Both the position numbers and the translations under genes were made by a program. A DNA stretch of 32,225 nucleotides, from IMG/VR virus record IMGVR_UViG_3300020239_000013, positions 1 to 32,225 of that record. The stretch is one strand, 5' to 3'. The notes under the pieces were generated by a model. It was given only the letters and a program-made list of their open reading frames with translations, was not told the origin of the DNA and made no database searches. This DNA comes from a virus. Taxonomy: Duplodnaviria > Caudoviricetes. Below, one piece after another: positions 9,665 to 19,050 of the stretch (position 1 is the stretch's first letter; every line of letters starts with the position of its first letter).

Positions 9665-10539
9665 TAGATTAACCCTCTTCCGCTAAAGTTTACTTGTACA
9701 TTTCCCCCTGCTGCATTACGTTTAGAATCTTCATCATTTAATTCAAATATTTCTTGATCAAATAACTTTTTATACTTAACGCCTTGATCGTCATCTTGCA
9801 AATAATAAAATACTTCTGCAAGTGCACCCATTAATAATACTCTTTCATTTTCATCTCTTAACCAATTAGCTGCTTCGTTACCTTTATATTTAGCATTATT
9901 AGTATTTCCTTGATTGCCACCTGCAGCTTCTGTAGCTTCTGCCTGTGTAGCATAAGCTGTATTGGTATCACCATTAACAAAGAAAAGACTTACAGCCGCT
10001 GCATTATCTTGTGTTAAAAATCCTGCAGCATAGTTAGCTGGTGTTACGTCATATACTGCATTTAATGCAGGTAGTCTTCTATAATAATGTAATTCTATTT
10101 TATCTGCAGTGCTTAAACTATTTGCTTGACCAAATCCTGGTGCTAATAATAATGTATTACCCTGTCTTGAAAAATAACCTATATAACTAGTCTTAAGTGC
10201 TGACCAATCATTAAATGTTCTTAAATCAGTTTTTTCATTAAACACTCTACATGTTCTACCAGCTGAATCAATTTCTCTTATTTGTATAAACTCTATTAAA
10301 TCAGTTGGTAAAGTTAAATCTGTTTGACTTGGTAAAAAAGTATTAGCCGCTGTAGTAGCAGCTTCTAAAGCTGTAGAGTTATATGTTATAGTATTTTCTA
10401 ATGCCGCTACTCTAAGATTTCTGTAACACTTATCCGCAGCATATCTTAAACAATCTTGAATTCTGGTATCAGATAATACAGATGAATCTTTGTTAGACCA
10501 ATCTCTAACTAATGCTGTAAAGTTTGCATAAGTCGGCAT
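9664..10539 (-). CDS. Head-tail adaptor / tail tubular protein
   Basis: Helical N-terminus (LVRDW..I..A...YRNLRV), LP.D..E, L.LAP, L.YY..LP and NWL..L.GAL.E motifs of podovirus adaptors; position after the capsid genes. Confidence 0.7.
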   Translation of the reverse strand: MPTYANFTALVRDWSNKDSSVLSDTRIQDCLRYAADKCYRNLRVAALENTITYNSTALEAATTAANTFLPSQTDLTLPTDLIEFIQIREIDSAGRTCRVFNEKTDLRTFNDWSALKTSYIGYFSRQGNTLLLAPGFGQANSLSTADKIELHYYRRLPALNAVYDVTPANYAAGFLTQDNAAAVSLFFVNGDTNTAYATQAEATEAAGGNQGNTNNAKYKGNEAANWLRDENERVLLMGALAEVFYYLQDDDQGVKYKKLFDQEIFELNDEDSKRNAAGGNVQVNFSGRGLI

Positions 10540-10548
10540 AATTATCTC

Positions 10549-10893
10549 CTAAGTATTTACAAGCAAATGTTTATATTCCGTTTGTAATATATACTTTAGC
10601 TTTTTCATTTTATCTTTATCACGCATAAACGTACCATCGTGTAAATTTATTCCATGATCTTCATTGATTTTAATAGCTACAATATCTGGTATAGTGGCCA
10701 TTTTTCTAAAACCACTTTTATTTTGTTTTCCGAAATAAGCTTCTTTATCTCTATCAAGCTTAGCATTATTTAAGTATTGAGTAATATCTTGCTTAGCTTC
10801 CCAATCTCCAGAAGATAAATCAAAGCCTGCTCTAATACCTTGCTTTGGATTTACTGTAGCACTACCAAATGTGAATTCGTTTTCTTTTGCCAT
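10549..10893 (-). CDS. Hypothetical phage protein
   Basis: Q D....L, RKMATIP and 'L..EY..L' motif pattern common downstream of podovirus capsid genes; GGAG SD. Confidence 0.65.
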   Translation of the reverse strand: MAKENEFTFGSATVNPKQGIRAGFDLSSGDWEAKQDITQYLNNAKLDRDKEAYFGKQNKSGFRKMATIPDIVAIKINEDHGINLHDGTFMRDKDKMKKLKYILQTEYKHLLVNT

Positions 10894-10905
10894 CCTCTTC
10901 TCCTA

Positions 10906-11139
10906 TTAAGTAGCCGGTTCTGTAATAGCTATAAACCTACCTGACTTACCAATGTAACCTAATAAATCTCCAGCTGTTGCTGCTGTAAGCGATGCTTGTA
11001 AAGCTGGTGCTGGTGCACTACTTACATTTATAAGATCTAAATGTGTTAACTTATATCCTCCACCTGTAGCTGCGCCTATTCTGTATACACACTTTTCTAC
11101 TGGGTATATATTTCCTGCATTTGTTTTAATAACGTACAT
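10906..11139 (-). CDS. Small hypothetical (possible capsid decoration) protein
   Basis: 77 aa Ala/Gly-rich ORF with GGAGG SD. Confidence 0.6.
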   Translation of the reverse strand: MYVIKTNAGNIYPVEKCVYRIGAATGGGYKLTHLDLINVSSAPAPALQASLTAATAGDLLGYIGKSGRFIAITEPAT

Positions 11140-11150
11140 AGTTCCCTCCG

Positions 11151-11429
11151 CTATTTTTTATGTTGTTTACGTATGGCTTCTTTACCTTTTTTAAATATAC
11201 TAGCCACTTGATTTTTCTTCATTACTTTAGCTCGCTGTTCTCCAACGGTAAGGATTTGAATTTTTCTTGCATACGGTTTATTGATCCTTTTAACCTTAGC
11301 AACCGTTGCTCTGGCGTCAGATGGAGTTGCGAATTTGATTCCAACCGTGTCCTTAGGATTTTCATCTGTGTAAAGACGCCTCCCAGAACCTTTAGGTTTT
11401 TTTCCGGTTCCTTTTTTTGGATCTGCCAT
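11151..11429 (-). CDS. Small basic protein
   Basis: MADPKKGTGKKPKGSGRRLYTDENPKDTV.IKF...; ATG at 11429 preferred over the track's TTG start. Confidence 0.7.
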   Translation of the reverse strand: MADPKKGTGKKPKGSGRRLYTDENPKDTVGIKFATPSDARATVAKVKRINKPYARKIQILTVGEQRAKVMKKNQVASIFKKGKEAIRKQHKK

Positions 11430-11535
11430 TTTTATTTCTCTCAAGTTTATTTATATCAGCTGCAGTTATTTTCTTACGAGGTGGTGCTACTGCAGCTAAT
11501 CTTTTTTGTTTAGCCGAATATTTACTATAAGGCAT
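11392..11535 (-). CDS. 47-aa basic micro-protein (not in ORF track)
   Basis: Hand translation MPYSKYSAKQKRLAAVAPPRKKITAADINKLERNKNGRSKKRNRKKT; ATG overlaps the upstream stop. Confidence 0.65.
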   Translation of the reverse strand: MPYSKYSAKQKRLAAVAPPRKKITAADINKLERNKNGRSKKRNRKKT

Positions 11536-11864
11536 TACTTCTTTTTCTTAGCTTGTAATATTTTCTTTTGTAAAAAGTCTGGTAATGTTTTTTGAGCAGC
11601 TGTTAAACCTTCTCTACCCGACATTACTTCGCCGCCGCCTTCATAATATTTAGCCATACCACCCATTGCTTTATAGCTAGCTTTAGTTTTTAAATTAGTA
11701 CGATTACCTAAAGCATCTGTGTTACCTTTAAATTTAGGTTTAGCTTTTGGCATAGGTACATTAGAAAGCTTTTGTTTCTGACCGCCTTTAGTACTTTTAA
11801 CTTTAGTCTTACGCATTGCTGCGCCTTCTTTATGATACCCTTTATAAAAATCTGGTAATACCAT
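11535..11864 (-). CDS. Lys-rich protein with Y-x-x-x-GG motifs
   Basis: SYKAMGG and KYYEGGG; start coupled to the upstream stop. Confidence 0.7.
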   Translation of the reverse strand: MVLPDFYKGYHKEGAAMRKTKVKSTKGGQKQKLSNVPMPKAKPKFKGNTDALGNRTNLKTKASYKAMGGMAKYYEGGGEVMSGREGLTAAQKTLPDFLQKKILQAKKKK

Positions 11865-12067
11865 TAATCTCTCCCTGTCATAACTATGCCACCATCAGCA
11901 TAATACTTTGAAGATTTATTATAAGGTGACTTTTCTTTCTTTTTCTTTTTCATCATATTTTTAACAGTTCTTGTTAAATCATTTGTTATCATTTTAGTAC
12001 CTTCTTTATAATCATCATAGATACTTTTACCAATACCTACAGCCGATACTTTTTTATTATTAGGCAT
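11864..12067 (-). CDS. Lys-rich protein with a YYADGG motif
   Basis: 67 aa, GGAG SD. Confidence 0.7.
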   Translation of the reverse strand: MPNNKKVSAVGIGKSIYDDYKEGTKMITNDLTRTVKNMMKKKKKEKSPYNKSSKYYADGGIVMTGRD

Positions 12068-12081
12068 ATTTATTCTCCAAT

Positions 12082-12111
12082 AAAAAGGAGAGACTAATTA
12101 AAGCCTCTCCT
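12082..12111 (-). terminator. Intrinsic terminator after the major capsid gene
   Basis: Minus strand AGGAGAGGCT-TTAATT-AGTCTCTCCT followed by TTTT. Confidence 0.8.
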
Positions 12112-12118
12112 AAAAGTT

Positions 12119-13288
12119 TTAGTTAAGTCCGTAGATTGCTCCACAACCTAATGGGTTACGTACTTCAAGAGTACATTCTTCAACCATCATACCTTTGGTT
12201 GAGTCACCCTGCTGACCTACGTCAACCTCTTGTAGAGGTCTTAGGTAAGCTGTAGCAAACCACATTGGATCATAAATCAATGCTGAGAAGTTAGCCATGT
12301 CTGGTCTACCTGATGAGGTAAACTTTGTAGAAGCATGGTTAGATCCAAGCATATTATCGATTACGTTAGATAGACCCATAATATAGTTAGGCATAACCAT
12401 AATTTCACCGAAGTCTGACATATACACATCAACAGATTGTCTTAGCTGACCACCTGCATCAATGTTTCTAACTACGCCTGTATCACTAACCATAAGGTCA
12501 GAGAAGTCTCTTCGGATCTTTGGTGATACCATGATCTTTGTAGCTTTACCACCTTGCTCATAAATCTTCTGCATAACAGAATCAATATCAGTAAGAGCTA
12601 AACTTCCTCTTGCTGGAGCAGCAGAACTTGAAGGAGCAATAGTTGCTCTTGGAATTTCAGTTCCGTCATTATTAGGCTTTGAACCTGTACCTGTAGCTGG
12701 CTGTGTAAACTCACCTACATAAGTACATGTATCTGTGCTGTTAATAAATGATTGATAACCACCGGCTGATCTTGCGTCACCGTTCTGTGCACTAATAGCA
12801 GCAGATACATTATAGCCGTGAACCATATCAAATTCAACGTCTCTTCGTAGTTCTGTACCACGCTTCTTAAGCTGGTATGCATATTCGTCTGCAACACCTG
12901 CTTGGTCAACTGCACGTCTTGTTCCTGACACAGCAATAGTTTTACCATTGATCTGTGTGTAGTTACCTAGTCTAGTTCTTTGAGGACCTGACTCTGCAAA
13001 TTTATTACCAACACTAGGAGTTGCAGAAGCACCACCAGAAGCTGGAGCTAAGAAGTCTTGACCTTCAGGGATTCTTGAATCACCTGGAGCTTCAAGTGTA
13101 TCTGTTTGCCATTCATGATAAATAGCAGTGGCGGATGATTTACCAATGTCTGATGTGAACGGAGTCTCATCTCTAGTAATCATTGTTATAAAGTTCGCTA
13201 GGTCTTCTCTTTGCGAGACATTAGCACCTGTGCCACGTGTTGGACCGCCTGGGCCTCCGGTAGCGCGAACAGCTAATAAATTAGTCAT
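12119..13288 (-). CDS. Major capsid protein (SU10/DUF5309 type)
   Basis: REDL...I..I...ETPF, HEWQTDTL, RLGNYTQI..K...VSGT, EYAYQL.K...EL.RD.E and VDVY.SDFG motifs; followed by a terminator. Confidence 0.92.
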   Translation of the reverse strand: MTNLLAVRATGGPGGPTRGTGANVSQREDLANFITMITRDETPFTSDIGKSSATAIYHEWQTDTLEAPGDSRIPEGQDFLAPASGGASATPSVGNKFAESGPQRTRLGNYTQINGKTIAVSGTRRAVDQAGVADEYAYQLKKRGTELRRDVEFDMVHGYNVSAAISAQNGDARSAGGYQSFINSTDTCTYVGEFTQPATGTGSKPNNDGTEIPRATIAPSSSAAPARGSLALTDIDSVMQKIYEQGGKATKIMVSPKIRRDFSDLMVSDTGVVRNIDAGGQLRQSVDVYMSDFGEIMVMPNYIMGLSNVIDNMLGSNHASTKFTSSGRPDMANFSALIYDPMWFATAYLRPLQEVDVGQQGDSTKGMMVEECTLEVRNPLGCGAIYGLN

Positions 13289-13306
13289 ATCTTAATTCTC
13301 CTAAGA

Positions 13307-14428
13307 TTAAATATTAGATAGTGACCGCTCAGCTAAACTTCTTAAAAATGCATCTTGATCTTCTTTAGTTGAATCTTTACTCAAAGCTCTTTGTCTTAAA
13401 GCCTGTGCAGCATCTTGTTTCTTTTGCTTTACAGGTTTAGACTTTTTAACAGGAACTGATTTAGTTGGCGTAACTTTACGTTTAGCCGCACCTTTATTCA
13501 ATCCTTGCTTTAAAACTCTATAGTCATTAACAAACTTAACTATATTAGGATCGATAATAGTATCTAATACTTTTTCATCGATTCCTTCTTTGATTGCAAA
13601 TTCACGAATATCTTTAGCAATATCTTCATTAAACCCAGGAATTAAAGTTGGAATAGTTTCGTCAAATACTTTTAACTGTTCATCCCATATTTTTTGCATT
13701 TGTTCCTTAGATTTTTCAGCAACGGTTTTTTGTAAACCTTCTCGCTCTTTTCTTGCTGTCCAATATTTCTTTTGAATTTGTTCTCTCTGATCTTTAAGTT
13801 CTCCTAAATCAAAAGAGTTATTTTCACTTCGAGCTTTATCAATCTTTTCTTCAACAGCATGAAACTCTTTAGCATGCTCTTGTTCAGATTTATATAAGAT
13901 AGCAATTGAAGTATCTGACATTTCTTTTACTTCAGCTAACTTATCTTGATACTCTTTTTCAAAGTCTTTCCTTGCGTCACCAAGTTCACGACCCTTTTTA
14001 GATAGAGATTGTTCAGTAGAATAACCTTTAATAAGATCATTAAAAGAAACTTCAGTATCTTGCCCATCGATCTTAATAGATACTTTTGCTTCTAAGTCTA
14101 ATTCTTCAGGAGTAAATAATGTAGTATCTTGGGTAGCGGATTCTTCATCGGCATCCTCAACCACTTCTTCAACTTCTTCAGTCTCAGCTTCTTCTTCAAC
14201 TTCTTCTTTTACAGGTTCATCAGTTTCTTTTGGGTCTTCTATTTCTTCTGATTCGCCTGGGTCTACTTCAGGTACTTGCTCTTCGGGTAGAGATTCTTCT
14301 TTCGGTACAAAGTCCGAATTAGAAATAATGTCAGCCAGCAATTGTTCTTGTGTTCGACCATCCTTTGCAATAGCGTCATCCGCAGGTGGGGTAGAGGCTA
14401 CTTCTGCTTCGGTTATTTGTTCACTCAT
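13307..14428 (-). CDS. Capsid scaffolding protein
   Basis: Very acidic N-half, KIDGQD.EVS..DL.KGY motif, coiled coil and basic C-terminus; immediately upstream of the capsid gene. Confidence 0.85.
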   Translation of the reverse strand: MSEQITEAEVASTPPADDAIAKDGRTQEQLLADIISNSDFVPKEESLPEEQVPEVDPGESEEIEDPKETDEPVKEEVEEEAETEEVEEVVEDADEESATQDTTLFTPEELDLEAKVSIKIDGQDTEVSFNDLIKGYSTEQSLSKKGRELGDARKDFEKEYQDKLAEVKEMSDTSIAILYKSEQEHAKEFHAVEEKIDKARSENNSFDLGELKDQREQIQKKYWTARKEREGLQKTVAEKSKEQMQKIWDEQLKVFDETIPTLIPGFNEDIAKDIREFAIKEGIDEKVLDTIIDPNIVKFVNDYRVLKQGLNKGAAKRKVTPTKSVPVKKSKPVKQKKQDAAQALRQRALSKDSTKEDQDAFLRSLAERSLSNI

Positions 14429-14619
14429 TTCTTAATTACCTCTTTTTTAGGTTTTAATAGTGAATGGTATCTTTGTTGTAATGAATACAAATAATATAAT
14501 TTATCACAGTTAAGTTTAGTTTTACCACCACTTCTGCTTGAATCATATTCTAATGTATTAATCATTTCATCAATATTCTGTAATAGCTTATCATAATCAA
14601 TTTCTCTATTGACCATCAT
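14425..14619 (-). CDS. Hypothetical protein
   Basis: 64 aa ORF overlapping both neighbours in an operon. Confidence 0.55.
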   Translation of the reverse strand: MMVNREIDYDKLLQNIDEMINTLEYDSSRSGGKTKLNCDKLYYLYSLQQRYHSLLKPKKEVIKK

Positions 14620-14938
14620 TGCCCTCCTTTAGGTATGGAATATTTTTTCCATATGTCTCGAAGTTTATCATTCTTTCTTTAACACTACCAAGTGCCATAG
14701 CTGAAGAGTAGAGGAACTCTCGAGATTTAGTTTCATGTGGTTCGGTTTTTAACCATTCCACAAATAAGTCAATTAAGACTTCGCCATATACTTCATCAAA
14801 AAATTCATCTCGTTCTTTAGATGCGAAGTGCCCTTTAACATGGGCACGCCGCGCTAATTCTTCCGGATGTATTTTATGTTTACCGTATGACTTTTCATTA
14901 CCCAGCCTCTTCTCAGCTGTCTCACGGTACTTATCCAT
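14606..14938 (-). CDS. Hypothetical head-morphogenesis-region protein
   Basis: Helical W..T...E...RE.LY....AL motif often seen between portal and scaffold genes. Confidence 0.7.
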   Translation of the reverse strand: MDKYRETAEKRLGNEKSYGKHKIHPEELARRAHVKGHFASKERDEFFDEVYGEVLIDLFVEWLKTEPHETKSREFLYSSAMALGSVKERMINFETYGKNIPYLKEGNDGQ

Positions 14939-14939
14939 A

Positions 14940-15053
14940 CTAGCCGCCGAATATCATGACTAGTGTTGGTGTAATTACTTCCTTTGCTAAACCGATAGCT
15001 AGTACAGCTTTAATGCCAAAACTAACTACGCCTGAAAATGTAATTGGATCCAT
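14940..15053 (-). CDS. 37-aa hydrophobic micro-protein (not in ORF track)
   Basis: MDPITFSGVVSFGIKAVLAIGLAKEVITPTLVMIFGG; AGGAGG SD; fills the intergenic gap. Confidence 0.65.
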   Translation of the reverse strand: MDPITFSGVVSFGIKAVLAIGLAKEVITPTLVMIFGG

Positions 15054-15062
15054 AATGTCCTC

Positions 15063-15485
15063 CTATTTAATTTTAATTAACTTGGGTTTCTTTTCTTCTG
15101 GAATAATTCTTTCCAGTAGTATAGTTAAAAGACCATCTTCTAACTTTGCATCTTTAACTTCAATGTCATCTGCAATTGTAAACTCACGGGTAAACTTTCT
15201 ATATGATATACCTTTATAAATATTTTTTGTATCATGTTCGTTTTCTTTTACAGATTTTATTTTTAATACATTATCTGCAACTTCAACTTCAATATCTTTT
15301 TTACCGAAACCTGCAAGTGCCATTTCAATTCTAAAATTATATTCATCGTCCTTCATAATATCATATGGAGGATATGTTTTAGTTACTCTTGAACTATGTG
15401 CAAGCTGATCGAATAAACGATCAAAGCCAACAGCATAAGGTGTTAATGTATTAAAGTGATCAAATAAAGTTAATGTTTGATTCAT
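15063..15485 (-). CDS. hsp20: Small heat-shock protein (Hsp20/IbpA family)
   Basis: GFDRLF, YPPYDI, IEMALAGF, YKGISYRKFTREF, A.LEDGLL.I.LERIIPEEKKP..I.I. Confidence 0.95.
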   Translation of the reverse strand: MNQTLTLFDHFNTLTPYAVGFDRLFDQLAHSSRVTKTYPPYDIMKDDEYNFRIEMALAGFGKKDIEVEVADNVLKIKSVKENEHDTKNIYKGISYRKFTREFTIADDIEVKDAKLEDGLLTILLERIIPEEKKPKLIKIK

Positions 15486-15491
15486 AAGCTT

Positions 15492-15536
15492 TCTCCTTTG
15501 TAAGCAAGATTGTTAGTAACCCATTAGGCATTACTA
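15492..15536 (-). promoter_or_regulatory. ROSE-like RNA thermometer / IbpA-type 5' UTR
   Basis: UCUUGCUU-ACA-AAGGAGA pairs the SD with UUGCU, leaving a bulged G; upstream hairpin UAGUAAUGCC-UAAU-GGGUUACUA. Confidence 0.7.
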
Positions 15537-15549
15537 TTTATTAATTATT

Positions 15550-15834
15550 CTAAGATGCTAAATGAATATATAATTTTTCATCTTTTTGCGCAACTGTTCC
15601 ATGCGCAGTTCTAACGCTTGTTAATGTCTTAGCAGCATTAGCAAGACCTGATAATATTGTAAAATCTTTTTTCTGTATAGTTATACCAGATTGTTCTACT
15701 GTTGATCCTCCAGTTGTTACGTCAAATGTAACAGCAGCATCAGTATCATTAACAATTAATATACTAGTTCCTGATACGGCTCCGCCTGATTGTGCTGCAC
15801 CAACACCTGATGCATTAATTGTAACTGTTGCCAT
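15550..15834 (-). CDS. Small beta-rich hypothetical (possible virion) protein
   Basis: 94 aa Thr/Ala/Val-rich ORF with GGAG SD after the portal gene. Confidence 0.6.
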   Translation of the reverse strand: MATVTINASGVGAAQSGGAVSGTSILIVNDTDAAVTFDVTTGGSTVEQSGITIQKKDFTILSGLANAAKTLTSVRTAHGTVAQKDEKLYIHLAS

Positions 15835-15836
15835 AA

Positions 15837-17987
15837 TTATTCTCCCTTTAAGATTTGTTTGGCCATCATTATTATCTGAGCATAATTAGGATGCTCAGCT
15901 ATTGGTGCGCCTTCCTTAGTTGCTTTAATAGTAAGGTCAGCCCATTCTTGATAATGTTTATCTATAGCTACAGCTAATTGTTTTGCATTATCATCCTCGG
16001 TATTTTTAGTTTGAGCATTAGTAAAACTGACGTTAGCCTCCGCTAAAGCGGAATCTGCTGCAGCTTTATTCTTTTCAAGCTCTTTCATTTGTTCAGCATC
16101 TTGCGATTGCTTTTGAATTGTTTGAGCAGCCTTCTGCTTAAACTCATCAGTAGTATAGTCCTCTAAGAAATCATTACTATCTAAGTTCATTGCTTCAATT
16201 AACTTAGTAGCTAATATAGCAGGTGCTTCAGGTCTAATAACCATTCCTACACCCTGTTTATTTAATGCAGGTAATATCTCTCCACCTATCTTAGATAGCT
16301 TTTGAATTTGGTTAGCATTAGAATTTTCACCAATATCTAATAAAATTTCTACATCCATATTAGAAGGTAAGCTATCCATATTAACAGTACCGTATACACC
16401 TTCTAGGTTATACATCATTTTACCTTTTATATTTTTACGCATAGTTTCATATATACCAGCAACTAGCTTTTTAAATCCAGTCTCAGCAAACCTACGTGCA
16501 ATATGTTGTATTCTTTTTTGCGCTGCGGACTGCACAGCAGCTAGCTTTTGTTCTGAGTTACCTGATATATACAAAGTATCATTAAGGCCCTGTGCGGCCT
16601 TCGACATGCCCGTTGCTTGCTCCTTTATTAGCTGTAAGTATTCTAATAATGGCACAGTACCTGTAGATATTGTTTCAGGTTGCATTTGTTGTACTGCATT
16701 TACTGGACTACCGTTAGTTGGTATAATCTGTTTAGGCTTCATATTCTGTAATGCACTAAAATCAACTACATTAGGGTCTGCAAGTTTAGGTGAATAGTTA
16801 GTTAAGTAAGTATTCTCTACAAATCCACGTAGTATAGCAGTAGATGCTAGTGTAGATGATCTAGTAAAGTCTGCCATTGACAAACCATAAAACTCAAATG
16901 GTATGTCTATAGGTGTAATAGACGCTAATGGTATGCTATCAATATCTTCTTCATACATTATATAGTCGCCAACAGTTATTATATGCTTTAACTCTGCAAT
17001 ACCATCGCCATCTCTGTCCACATTTAGCCACGATTCTGTAACTGTTACCGGTTTATTAGCTTCTAATGGCGCATCATTCTCTACCATGCTGCCTGATATG
17101 TACTCTTGTCCTGTAATTTCTTTTCTTGCAGCAACTTCTTGCGAATATCTTAGACTACCTGCGTAAGCTGTGTCACCTAATTCGTCCCATTCTGTAATAT
17201 TTGCAGTTTCTTCGGGATAATGCTTACGTAATTCTGATCTTGTCATCTCTGTTTGTATACCAACAAAGGATGCTTCTTCGATTGACGTAGCTTCACGCGA
17301 TATTCTAAAGTTTTCTGGTGGAACCAACTCTAATTTTACACGAGATCTGTCAATTGTTTTCTTTAATCGTACATTTATGTACATTAATTCTGCTTGTGGC
17401 TGCATACTTGTTAATGGATCTGCAGGTGCAAAGTCATTTTCAAACTGTAATTCGCCAACAATTTCTGTATTTTCATCTGAAAGTAATTCATCTAGCTTAG
17501 CTTGTGAAATTCTTTCGTATTCTTCAAACTCATGTTTCTTATCTTCTATATATGTCCAGCGACATACCGAATTTTTCCATAATAACGCAGCTTTAATCCA
17601 TTGAGACATAAGCTCCCAGCCGTTATTCTTTTTAAACAAACAATAATTTACTATAGCTGAAGCGTCTTTGGCCGCAGCAAAGCTGCCTGGTGAGTCATCA
17701 TAAGGCACAAAGCGTGCTAGTTTATTATTACTTAAAAATAAATCTGATATAATTGCAGTATATGCTTCAACAACTTCTGTTGTAGATGTATCAACAATGG
17801 TACTTACGCCTTGTGGTGTTAAATGGCTTTCAGGTACACCAGCATATTCATATGTAGCTTTTAATCTTTCTCTTGATAAATCAGCTGAATCCAGCCAATC
17901 ACCACTAGAATTCATTATACCTCTATCAATAAGCTCAACTAACTCATCATCAGTTACAGGTTCTTTATATCCATAAGGTTCGGTCAT
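15837..17987 (-). CDS. Portal protein (P22/SU10-like)
   Basis: 716 aa; VPPENFRI, E.W..VD.DGDGIAEL, P..FYG.S.AD and IARRFAETG.K.L motifs; C-terminal coiled coil. Confidence 0.9.
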   Translation of the reverse strand: MTEPYGYKEPVTDDELVELIDRGIMNSSGDWLDSADLSRERLKATYEYAGVPESHLTPQGVSTIVDTSTTEVVEAYTAIISDLFLSNNKLARFVPYDDSPGSFAAAKDASAIVNYCLFKKNNGWELMSQWIKAALLWKNSVCRWTYIEDKKHEFEEYERISQAKLDELLSDENTEIVGELQFENDFAPADPLTSMQPQAELMYINVRLKKTIDRSRVKLELVPPENFRISREATSIEEASFVGIQTEMTRSELRKHYPEETANITEWDELGDTAYAGSLRYSQEVAARKEITGQEYISGSMVENDAPLEANKPVTVTESWLNVDRDGDGIAELKHIITVGDYIMYEEDIDSIPLASITPIDIPFEFYGLSMADFTRSSTLASTAILRGFVENTYLTNYSPKLADPNVVDFSALQNMKPKQIIPTNGSPVNAVQQMQPETISTGTVPLLEYLQLIKEQATGMSKAAQGLNDTLYISGNSEQKLAAVQSAAQKRIQHIARRFAETGFKKLVAGIYETMRKNIKGKMMYNLEGVYGTVNMDSLPSNMDVEILLDIGENSNANQIQKLSKIGGEILPALNKQGVGMVIRPEAPAILATKLIEAMNLDSNDFLEDYTTDEFKQKAAQTIQKQSQDAEQMKELEKNKAAADSALAEANVSFTNAQTKNTEDDNAKQLAVAIDKHYQEWADLTIKATKEGAPIAEHPNYAQIIMMAKQILKGE

Positions 17988-18148
17988 CTCTTACCTCCCT
18001 GATGCATAAGAACTTTCTTTTTTAAGTCCTGTAAATCTGAAACAGCATATGAACCAGGTTTAGGAAGAGTTCTAGGTTCTTTCTTTTTCTTTCCTTTACC
18101 TTTTAAATATTGAGGCTCATTACCATTTTGTATAAATCTTTCAAACAT
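17984..18148 (-). CDS. 54-aa basic micro-protein (not in ORF track)
   Basis: MFERFIQNGNEPQYLKGKGKKKKEPRTLPKPGSYAVSDLQDLKKKVLMHQGGKR; AGGAG SD; stop overlaps the portal ATG (ATGA). Confidence 0.65.
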   Translation of the reverse strand: MFERFIQNGNEPQYLKGKGKKKKEPRTLPKPGSYAVSDLQDLKKKVLMHQGGKR

Positions 18149-18166
18149 ATTCCGCTCCTGGGATTT

Positions 18167-18367
18167 TTAACATGTACATTCTTTTTTGTTTGCTAGCTCT
18201 GCTAATAATTCTTTATTTCTTTTTAGTAATTTATAATGGGCTTTTTGTAATTCTTTTAAATCCATTTTAGTTAACCACAAAGCTTGTCTTGCAGATAACA
18301 TTTCTCTTCTTAATGTTTCTTCAAAACTTTCTTCATGGTTTTGCCATCCTTGTCCATTGATAACCAT
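18167..18367 (-). CDS. Coiled-coil hypothetical protein
   Basis: 66 aa with heptad pattern; GAGGA SD. Confidence 0.6.
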   Translation of the reverse strand: MVINGQGWQNHEESFEETLRREMLSARQALWLTKMDLKELQKAHYKLLKRNKELLAELANKKECTC

Positions 18368-18368
18368 A

Positions 18369-18704
18369 TCATCCTCTTTTACTCATCCATGCTGATGTAC
18401 CCATGTATGCACCTACTATACCAGCACCTGATATATAAAATAAGTTACTTACATCTGATAGAGCTTCAACTCTTTCTAATGGTACCCATGGTAAAAACAT
18501 AGCTGTAGTAAACACACCCATACCTATTAGTGTCCATCTAGCCATTCTAAGTTGGCCTAACTGCTTACGCAGTGCAGCTTCTGTTTCTTTTATTTCTTTT
18601 AAATGCGATAGTTCTTCATCAGAAACTACGCCGTCACCATCCTCATCATACTCATTAAATCTTGAGTTTTTCTCCAGGTTCTTTTGTATCGCTCTCATTA
18701 CCAT
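18369..18704 (-). CDS. EF-hand-like, two-TM membrane protein (holin-like)
   Basis: DEDGDGVVSDEE loop followed by two hydrophobic segments. Confidence 0.6.
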   Translation of the reverse strand: MVMRAIQKNLEKNSRFNEYDEDGDGVVSDEELSHLKEIKETEAALRKQLGQLRMARWTLIGMGVFTTAMFLPWVPLERVEALSDVSNLFYISGAGIVGAYMGTSAWMSKRG

Positions 18705-18909
18705 TGTACTTTTCCGGGTTTGTAAATTGATCCGTACAAGTTTGTTTAATAACTACAAATGGTAATCGATGATTTATTATATCGAATTTCATTTCTTCTA
18801 TTCTTACTTCGCATTTTTCCATTTCTACATATGGACCATTTAAATCTTTAAATGTACGGCAATCACTAAAATTATAAACTGAGCATACCATTATGAATGC
18901 TTCAAACAT
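18655..18909 (-). CDS. Cys-containing hypothetical protein
   Basis: MFEAFIMVC.....C.......GPY....C; GAGG SD. Confidence 0.6.
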   Translation of the reverse strand: MFEAFIMVCSVYNFSDCRTFKDLNGPYVEMEKCEVRIEEMKFDIINHRLPFVVIKQTCTDQFTNPEKYNGNESDTKEPGEKLKI

Positions 18910-18924
18910 GTCCTCATCTCCTTA

Positions 18925-19050
18925 TTATTTACATAGATCATCAAACTTTGTTGAGTATATTCTATGTTTACTTTTATCAAGTAACTTATCTAATAATATT
19001 TTATTTCTGTTTCCTATTAACCATAGCATTTGTTGAAATAAAAATATCAT
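18925..19050 (-). CDS. 41-aa hypothetical micro-protein (not in ORF track)
   Basis: MIFLFQQMLWLIGNRNKILLDKLLDKSKHRIYSTKFDDLCK; ATGA overlap with the upstream stop. Confidence 0.5.
   Translation of the reverse strand: MIFLFQQMLWLIGNRNKILLDKLLDKSKHRIYSTKFDDLCK

Noticed and set aside
12715-12948. Alternate-frame ORF inside the major capsid gene
   Set aside because: Fully nested, with no recognisable motif and no slippery site that I could identify.
15535-15545. T4 late promoter-like AATAAATA before hsp20
   Set aside because: Imperfect match in AT-rich DNA, and no gp55-like sigma factor in the window.
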